The notes beneath the pieces were generated by a model, which saw only the letters and a program-made list of their open reading frames with translations, ran no database searches and was not told where the DNA came from. Positions 54,776 through 64,000 of a stretch of 64,000 bases of DNA are shown piece by piece (position 1 is the stretch's first letter; every line of letters starts with the position of its first letter). The translations under genes were made by a program, and so were the position numbers. Source of the DNA: Octopus sinensis (taxonomy: Eukaryota); contig NC_043008.1 in assembly GCF_006345805.1 (NCBI RefSeq), positions 37,634,001 through 37,698,000 of the forward strand, read 5' to 3'.

Positions 54776-55474
54776 ATACGTAAGACATAAATGAAATATT
54801 TACTCACACCCATTGAAAAAGCAAGCACTAAGTCCTGAGCAGATCTAAGTACCCCAAATATATTCATGATAGAAAATCTTCAGTATATCTCGAGACACGT
54901 GTGATTTGAACTAGAAACTTTCACAGAGTGAGAGAGTCCGGAAGTAACCACTATTAAATTATATATATGTATATATATATATATGTGAAGGTGCATGGCT
55001 TAGTGGTTAGAGCATCAAGCTTACAATCATGAGGTTGTTAGTTTGAATCCCGGAACGGTCTGCGTGTTGTGTTCTTGAGCAAGATACTTTATTTCACATT
55101 ACTCCAGTTCACTCAGCTGTAGACATGAGTTGCAACATCACAGGTGCTAAGCTGTATTGGCCCCTTTGCCTATCCCATGGATAACACTGGTGCATGGGTG
55201 ATTGCTGGTCTTCCATAAACAACCTTGCCTGGACTTGTGCCTAGGAGGGTAATTTCCTAGGTGCAATCCCATGATCAGCCATGACTGAAGGGGTTCTCTG
55301 CAATATATATATATACTTGCGTCAGAAATTAATTAGCACTTCTCAAATTTCTACATTTTCTTACATTTTCTTAATTCAATTTACTTATTATCAGAAACGA
55401 ACTCGTTTTTAATCAAAAATTTATTAAAACATATCCCAGCATACCACATAATTGTTATTAATCGTGAAATTTAG

Positions 55475-56471
55475 TCAATATCTTGTTGCTCCTCCTTTGG
55501 CAGGAATGACAGCTGCTACGCGGGCCGGCATGCTGTCTATGAGTGCCTGCAGGTACTGTGCAGGGATGGCCCTCCATGCAGCAAGAAGTGCCCCAAACAG
55601 CTCGTGTCGGTTCCTGTATTGCTGCACATTTAAATCCCTACCCAATCGACTCCAGAGGTTCTCAATAGGGTTCAGATCATGACCGTCACCCCATGGTCCT
55701 TGAAGAAACCGGTTGTGAGATTGGCTGTGTGGGGAGGTGCGTTGTCCTGCTGGAGCACGTACTCCTCGCCACCAAAGAGGTATCCCGCAGAGGGTAGGGC
55801 AGCATTCCGTACTATCTCAACGTACTTTGTGGCGTTGATGTTGCCTTCGATGGCATAGAGCCGCCCAACACCACTGTAGCTGAACGCCCCCCACACCATC
55901 AGACCACCCCCACCATGCTTCATGGTGGGAGCAATGCAGTCTTTGTTGAAACGCTCACCCCTGCGGCGTCGCACATGGACAGGCTTGTCACTGACGAAAC
56001 TGAAACGCGACTCGTCAGTGAACATCACTGTCCAACACTGCTGCACGGTCCATGTCTTGTGGGCACGGGCCCAGAGCAGCCGCCTCTTCCGGTTTTGGGC
56101 TGTAAGGAGCGGCTTACGGGCGGCCCTACAGGATTTTAGACCAGCTTCCAGTAATCTGGTCTTGACGGTGGTTGTAGACAACTGCTTCCCTGTCACCTTT
56201 TGCATCTCCTCCGCCAGTTGCCGGCTTGTTGCCCTTCGGTTGTTCAGTGACTTTCGGATCAGCATCCAGTCCTCCCGCGGGGGTCGTCAGCCTCTTCCGC
56301 CCCCTACCCTTTTTGTCAGCTGCTGATCCGGTTCCTCATATTTCTTAAATAAGCACTGAATTGTGCGCCTGGCTACACCAAGTTTTCTGGCTATTGCAGC
56401 CTCCGACAGCTTCCACGCCACGAGAGAGCCTCGTACCGTCTCTCCAAGGTCATGCGAGGTCTTGGGCCCAT
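55475..56471 (-). pseudogene. Tc1 transposase pseudogene
   Basis: MGPRPRM...HTH, RKPLL, MFTDESRF, KHGGGGLMVWGAF, QQDNAPPH, DLNPIENLW, AKGGATRY*; N-terminal frameshifts plus a deletion before DLNPIE. Confidence 0.92.
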
Positions 56472-56631
56472 TAGGAATGGACGATAAAAACCAGTTATTT
56501 TCATTAAAACTATCATTTGAATAATGTTATGCTATAACAAAACTGCTATGAGTTATTATTCATTAAACAAAAAAGAAAGAAAGAAGCAGAATTTCTCACC
56601 TTATTTGATGTATAACAGAAAGTTTTGTGAA

Positions 56632-56646
56632 CCGGAAGTGACGTCA
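56632..56646. promoter_or_regulatory. Overlapping ETS-CRE motif CCGGAAGTGACGTCA upstream of the Tc1 transposase
   Basis: Exact composite motif; splice donor AAG|gtgaga at 56600/56599, downstream on the minus strand. Confidence 0.55.
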
Positions 56647-58008
56647 CGAAGCAGAGTGTAGGAGAATTGTGAGGAAAAAAATTTTGCAAATACACAAATC
56701 AATTAACCTACGAGCTGTTCAAAACGTCTTACGCGATGAGAAAACTTAGTACGTGTGTGATTTCGGTCCTTGCGAGGCGCTACCTATATCTATTAAACAA
56801 AGGAAGATTTGTCTGCATCCGCACTCCAAGTTGTTGTTGCACTGCTATGTCAACATCATTAGGCTGTAGACTCTCAAACCACTCTGCAAACAAAGTTCCG
56901 TCATCGTTCTGTGCAACAGTGAACTCGCAACAAAGCAATAGTTCGAGATATGGCCACTAGGTGACAGCACATACCTTGAGCGAAGAGCAAATCAAGGGTA
57001 CTAATTAATTTCTGACGGTAGTGTATATATATAATTTATCTTTTACTTATTTTTGTAATTAGACTGAGGCCATGCTGGGGTACTGCCTTGAAGAGTTTTA
57101 GTTGAACAAATCAAACTTAGGACTTATTTTTTTTTAAGCTTAGTACTTATACTATCTGTCTCTTTTGCTGAATTGCTAAGTTACAGGGATGTAAACGCAT
57201 CAACACTGGTCGAGGACAAACACAAACACACACACACATACATATGTTCAGTTGGACTGAACCTGTAACCATGTGTTTGAGAGCTAACAAGTTCCTGGTT
57301 TTAAGGGTATCACGAAACACTCAATTGGAGGCCTGACATTCTGAGTTATTTTACAGGGCTTAGAAAAATCGAAGGATCACAGCAATAAGTATGTAAATCT
57401 GAGAGAGGAATATATTGAATAAAATCATAATTAACCAATCCTCCTGTATTTTCATTTACTCAAAGCCAAGAACTTTCCAGCCTACCCTTATGTATATACA
57501 TGCATATATATATCATCATCATCATCGTTTAATGTACGCTTTCCATGCTGGCATAGGTTGGACAGTTTGACTGAGGACTGGTGAGCTGGGAGGCTGCACC
57601 AGGCTCAATCTGATCTGGCAAATTTCTACAGCTGGATGCCCTTCCTAATGCCATCCATTCCGAGAGTGTAGTGGGTGCTTTTATGTGACACTGGCATGAG
57701 GGCTAGTCAGGCTGTTTTGGCAACGACCATACTCAAAAGGTATTTTTTTTTATGTGCTACCTGCACGGAGGCAGTCCACCGGCACTGGCAACAACCATGC
57801 TCGAATGTTGTTTATCACGTGCTACCAGTAGGCGAAGCCGGCAACGATCATGCTCGAATGGTACTTTACACATGCCACCTGCATGGGAGATAATCTGTGG
57901 CCCTGGAATTGATCATGGATGTGCTTTTACTGTTCCACTAGCATGAGTGCCAGTCAGGCGGTACTGTCATCAACCACATCAGTGATATACACATATATAT
58001 ATATATAT

Positions 58009-58039
<31 letters not shown>

Positions 58040-58046
58040 TACATAC

Positions 58047-58077
<31 letters not shown>

Positions 58078-58100
58078 ATATAATATATATACATATACAT

Positions 58101-58154
<54 letters not shown>

Positions 58155-59289
58155 AGAGAAAGAGAATGAAAAAGAGGGAGAGACAGAGAGACAAATAGAT
58201 AGACGGACAGACAGATAGATGGATGGAACACTCACATACGACAAAGAGTTGAGTGAATCCTCTTGCAGTATGAATCACAAAATAATGGGCATAAAAGTAA
58301 ATATAAACATTGATTTATTACATAGAGACAAGGCTGTGGACACTAAATGTTGAGAGGCACAGTTCTAATTTAGTCTCTCATATTTCCATATCCAGCATTC
58401 CATCAAATTAACAATGATGACAATTATTATAATTTCCTTACAATGTCATTAAACTGAAAATTTAATTAACTTGAATTAATTGGAAAGTTACATGTGAAGG
58501 AAATACATTTACAGGAGGCAGCTGGAGTCAAAGGTTTTTAATGAAAATAAGGAAATTAATAATTAGTCTAGAGGGAAGAGTTGGCAAAATCTCAAGGCGA
58601 CTTAAAGGGTTTATTGAATTTGGCTTTACCCCTTCTTATTGTTCCAAGTTCAAATCCTTCTGGAGTGAACAAGATGGTTACTAGTTGGATGTAATTTCTA
58701 TTTATTGTACTTCTTCTCAAAAATATATTGGTGTTTAGCCTAATTAAAAGAAAACAATATTGTGTGTCAGGGAAGCACACATAAGTGAGTATCTCTATGT
58801 GTCTATAAGTATGTGATTTTGTCTGCATATTTATATATATACATATACATATAAACTTAGACACAGACACAGACACATAGAGAGAGAAAGCAAGTAAGGT
58901 CCAGAAAGTGTTTGTGCATTATTATGTGAGTATGTGTCATCATCATCATCGTCGTTTAACATCTGCTTTCCATGCTGTCATGTGTTGGAAGGTTTGAGTG
59001 GGGTCTGGTGAGCCAGATAGCTGCACCAGGCTCCAATCTGATCTGGCAAAGTTTCTACAGCTGGATGCCCTATGTATATGAGTGTGTGTATGTACAGACA
59101 CACACACACACATGCAAACACGCACACACAAACACACACACACATACACACGCACACACACACACACACATATATGTATAAGCTTACTTCTCAACCACAT
59201 GTTTCCAGTTCAGTCCCACTGTGTGGCACCTTGGCCAAATATCTACTACTATAGCCTCAGGCTGAGTAAAACCCTGTGAGGCTATAGTA

Positions 59290-59660
59290 GCAGGTATCTG
59301 GGGTTGCTATAGGAATAAGAATGGGCCCCTAACTTCACCAGCTTATTTGTTAGTAGTGTCAAGACCCAAATCTTCTTTAAGTTCACTGAACTGACCCCAG
59401 AGCTATATGACCAATACATAGAAGATTGTATCAGAGTAGCTACCCTCTCCCATGAACAACTGAATAATTTCATCGCTTTCATTTCCTCTTTTTATCCTTT
59501 CCTTCACTTTACGTCTGTCATCTCTAATATACCCCTGTCAAGCTTTTAGTTATCCTTCTTTCAACTCATCCTCTTGATTATTCTCTCATGATTTTCTTCT
59601 TTAAATCCACAGACCCTGTCCACTTCTTTAATTCTCCCTCTTCTCACCTCTTCCACACCC
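59290..59660 (+). mobile_element. Penelope-like RT fragment
   Basis: GVAIGIRMGPNFTSLFV, PELYDQYIEDCI, LNNFIAFISSFYPFLHFT, KSTD...SSH. Confidence 0.85.
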
Positions 59661-59731
59661 CCCAGTGCCTTCATCTCCAAGATCTGGGTAGTAGATCTTG
59701 GAGATGTCATTAAGATACCAAGCCAATTTAC

Positions 59732-59974
59732 TTAGCCATGTGCGATAACGTTTACTGCTATCCCTAAATGAAGAATAATGATAGGAAATTCTCTTAGATA
59801 ACTGGGAAGAGGAACCGCCAATTTTAAGTGAGATAGGCTCATCCTGTCCATCTCTTTCCCTTATGACAAGGGCAAAGGATTTTGTAACATTTGCAACTCT
59901 GAACTCTTCCATATTCTCTTCTTTAAGAATCACCTTGTTAACACACTTATAGAGCGACCTTACAAATGTAAGCA
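59732..59974 (-). CDS. Tentative 243-nt exon (LTFVRSLYKCVNKVILKEENMEEFRVANVTKSFALVIRERDGQDEPISLKIGGSSSQLSKRISYHYSSFRDSSKRYRTWL)
   Basis: Within the 119-codon ORF 59628-59987; acceptor gtttctaccag|, donor CTAA|gtaaat; phase 1 to 1. Confidence 0.35.
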
Positions 59975-61393
59975 CTGGTAGAAACATGCCTTTAGCTCAC
60001 ATAAGTGACTTATATCAGTCTGTATAGTTTGAACATTTAGTTCACCTTGCACTTTACTTCAATAGAAAAAGCCTTAGAACATTTTTTCAACCAATATATC
60101 CCTCTTTATTTGTTCTCTACTTATTATTTCTTTACCCCTTCTCTTCCTATGGTCTGCCTTTGACATCAGATCTATTAACAGTTTTTTAAAAAATACTTAA
60201 TAGCATTCTGTTTATCATTTATGCAGTCATCAAAATTGTTATAATGTCTTGTTGTTGAGATAAGTTCTCTTTCTTTCTTGATGAGAAGATTACATTATTT
60301 TACACCGTTTATTCCTTTGGAATAAATCCAATGTTGTCTTCGAAACATATGTCAAAAATAAAAGAATTTGAATAACACCTGCATTCAGCTCCATTTATTT
60401 ACTTATACTATACAAATTACTGCACATTAACCCAGAGTTTCTACCTTTGAATAGGTTGCTACATCCTTGTCACTTGCATGAATTTTGCTACCCTGGTAAC
60501 TGTTTAGTGAATTTTCCATGTTAACAGTAGAACTGACACGCACAATACAAATGCATACATATACACGTACAATTTACCCACATACATACTCTCGCAGGCG
60601 CACACATATTTTACCAAAACATCCCCATAAACACTCTCAAAAGCTTAACATACGAACACACTTACTAAGCCTTACACTGAATTTTTATTTGGCTACAATG
60701 GTTAATGGCTAAAAGTTCAATTATTTTTGATAGTGGTTTGGTGGGGATCCTTGTATATTGTATTTATGTATATGATTATATGTATATGTATCGTTATTTT
60801 CTGAGGAATTGTATACATACACACATGTGCACGTGTATGTGTGTGTTTAGTGGGAGAGAGAAATACAATAAATTTCTTCAAATTCCGTGGCTGACCCAAG
60901 TAGTCTTGGATGAATGGGTTTATTTTTTGATAACTTTTGTTGATAAATGTAGAAAGTATGTTTTTTTTCTTTTTTTTGGAAAGACTTCAGGGAGATCACC
61001 TTTATGAAATGTCACAGTATAGAATGTGGCCCTCTTGAGTGCAGGGCCCCACTCGGTGTGGGGCCCGACTGGGAGCAATTTGTCTAATCGGCTTCATGCT
61101 GGCCCTGCTTGTACCACATTGCCAGAAAATTCTATGGGCCTTCTGACTTCTCTAGTCCAATACAACACTCTCACCCTTTTCCCCAGTCCATCACAGCCCT
61201 TCTTCAAACGGGTTCAAAACTGCTCTCAGCTGTAGATGAGTAACCCTGAGATGGATTAGCATTCTCTTCAGAGGAAATGCTGGTCCACCCAGTCAGCCAG
61301 TGGGGTGGCATCATTTGAAACCTACAACAGTGTGAAAACGTGTATTGTGACCCACACTGTAAAGCAACATATGATAGTCTGGTCAATACAATG

Positions 61394-61429
<36 letters not shown>

Positions 61430-62042
61430 ATGCATAAACATGCACTGTGGTAAGAAAATTGCTTCCCAGCCACATCGTTTTTGGCTTAGTCCCTCTGTTT
61501 AGAACCTGTGCAGTTGGTGAAGTTGGTCACACAGTAAAAACAGGCAGAGGAGGAATTCCAGATAGTTTATGCTGTAGGGATGAAGGAACTGCCATAGAGC
61601 CAAGAGGGTGAGTGAACAAAATTTAGGTGGAGAGGCAAGTGAGTAGGAAGTACATGAGAGAAGCTGGTACGAGACTAGCCATGTATAAGGATCTTCAAAC
61701 ACTGTCATAGTAGTTGAAAAGGGTGGGAGCAGAGACTGCGTGTTTGTGGGCAAAGAATTGAAGTGTGTTATAGAGGGATCTCATACAAATCTCATACATG
61801 GCATTTCCTAGGAAACATTCTAGTCTGCTATACACACTGACCAGAATCAGGACTGACTTAGCAGCATTTTAGGATCTCTGGCAAAACAATTTATTGGGCA
61901 TTATAAGATTTATCTATTGACAATTAATCACAAAAAGCTTTCAAAGTCTCTTCTTTCCGACTAATCTAATAAAAAAAGCTTTTACAACATGCACATATGT
62001 GTGTGCACACGCACAAACATTCACACACATGTATGCGCACAT

Positions 62043-62076
<34 letters not shown>

Positions 62077-63289
62077 CATACGCATACGTATATATACATA
62101 CACATATATATATATACATATATATATACATACATATATAAAAACATACATGCAAATATATATATACATACACACATATATATATATATATATATACATA
62201 TGTACATGCAAATATATATATACATACACATATATATATATATATATATAATATATATATACACACATATATTCATATAGCTATCTATCTTTATATATAT
62301 ATATATATAATATATATATATATATAATATATATATATATATACATAAATACATACATAAATGCTTATTTTTATATATGCAATTAACTATCTTTGTGAAT
62401 ATGAGTTCTGGCATGTGTGCATCTTCCAATTTGAAGAAGTAAATTAAATAAACAAGAGCTTAGCCCTTGGCCAAATGTAAAATTAGTTATTTTCAATAAA
62501 CTACCAAAATACAAGGGGTGGGGGCATTAAACCTTTTATTTATCCTTTATGGACATCAGAAGCTGAATTATATGTGTTCAGTGCCATTGACCTCATTCTT
62601 AGATATCTTTATAAATACCTTTCTTCAAGTGTACTTCAAGAACTGCAAGACATTCTCAAAAAGCTTTTAATATGATGCATCATAATTATTGAAATCTCTA
62701 TCTGATTAATAAACTGTGATTGCTGTATATGCATTTAGGCATCGTAGCTATAGAATTTCTGATAATATACTGTGTGAACCTTATGAATTCCTGCTTTGTT
62801 GACTGTTGTAAAGAAAATTGTAGCTGCCCCTTTTTAATAACAGTATTGTTTAGACCCCATAGAATTTCTGAGTTATTAGAATTATTATTATTTGTTTATT
62901 CATTTAAAGTCCATTTTTTTCCATGCTACCATGGATTTAGATGTTGAGTTAGTTATATGGGGCACGATTTTATGACCAAATATTATTTCTGCTAGCAACA
63001 CCTACCTATTTCAAGTAAGGTTTTCTTGTATTCGAGAGATCTTAGAAAGTACAGTGACTGGTCAAAATATTGACAAGAAATTCAGCAACAGAACCATTTT
63101 GGTCAACAGGAAAAAAAAAGCATGGAATATCAACATTCATGTACCCGCACAATTATAATCCCCCATACACATACCTATATATACAAATGTATACTTATGA
63201 TGGCCTTTCTTGTTGTAGATAACAGATGGAGAGTTCCAGATTTTTTTGCTAAACAATGTGTGTGAAAATAAATGTTTGTGCTGTGCGTT

Positions 63290-63550
63290 ATCTCACTCTC
63301 TCCCCAAAATTGACATTGTTAGTACAGGTGCACAAGTGTGCAACACATCAGATGTCAAAGTGATTGCAAGGCTATGAATTCATATTCATGTCAATGGTAA
63401 TTGGAGCACTAGGTTCTGTTAGTAAATGCTTAAAGGATAAACTGGGATTTTCAGAAAAAGAAATTGACTGGCTAATACATACATTACAAGTGCAATCTGT
63501 TAATGAAACAGTAAAAATATACAAGACTTTTCTCAGGTTCCAAATGTGAA
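63290..63550 (+). mobile_element. R4/Dong-like LINE 3' coding end
   Basis: FIFMSMVIGALGSVSKCL...LQVQSVNETVKIYKTF. Confidence 0.7.
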
Positions 63551-64000
63551 TTTGTCTGTGTTGACAACATCCTAAAGATGGAACCTTGTATCTTTGTTGG
63601 AGACTAGCTTCCTCCTCTTTGCTCTAATGGCCTTGTCTACCATATTATTCCACCACCACATTACTCTAGGTTTGGAAGGGACTTTGCATCAGTTGCAGAT
63701 TTGGTCTGTGGCACTCAGTAAGCTGTCCCATAGGAATTTCCAGTTACCCTCCATGTCCAATGTCTTTAACTCCTTCTCCTCCTTATCAAATTTCCTCCTT
63801 ACCCTTATCTTCCTCTTATTTCTCCTCCTCCTTCCTCTCTTGCTGTTTCTTCTCATCATTTTATGTCTGCTTTCTGTTAGGTTAATCAACTACAGAAAGA
63901 CTCCTCCAATGGCTCACATCACGAAGATATTTTGAGAGCTATGCAATTTGTTTAGGGATAGATTTTGTGAGTGTTTGGATAAAAGTTGCCTTTTTATATC

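Larger units (their letters stand above)
55314..57023 (-). mobile_element. Full-length young Tc1 (DD34E) transposon, inactivated
   Basis: TIRs (C/T)ACT(AC/TG)CGTCAGAAATTAATTAG flanked by TA runs; GC-rich transposase region. Confidence 0.95.

Noticed and set aside
55915-56326. Plus-strand ORFs within Tc1
   Set aside because: Antisense shadows of the GC-rich transposase.
58630-58681. Candidate exon VTILFTPEGFELGTIRR
   Set aside because: It fits the 50639 exon but not the 59732 exon; the two are mutually incompatible by phase and cannot be resolved without RNA data.

Overview
This is AT-rich, microsatellite-dense animal genomic DNA. Its tRNA-headed SINE families, TTAA-MITEs and (TAA)n-associated LINE pieces resemble Octopus/coleoid cephalopod repeats (recognised by eye, not searched). 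There are no prokaryotic features and no CRISPR array. Most of the window appears to be introns of one minus-strand multi-exon gene, assembled by hand from splice signals and reading-frame phase: 59732-59974, 50578-50639, 47826-47915, 43159-43257, 37919-38108, 25063-25086, 24798-24856, 11928-11970, 6185-6282, 4087-4176. Its product is not recognised. The chain is phase-consistent throughout, but it carries one in-frame TAA at 38103-38105, directly before an ATG. The introns contain decayed Penelope-like elements (PLEs), R4/Dong-like LINE fragments, mariner, maT and Tc1 transposons, many SINEs, long fold-back hairpins and a 39-bp minisatellite. At least eight type I hammerhead ribozyme motifs are present, six of them sense to the host pre-mRNA and two with an intact catalytic core. 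A young, GC-rich Tc1 carries an ETS-CRE promoter motif and a splice donor oriented toward the host exons.
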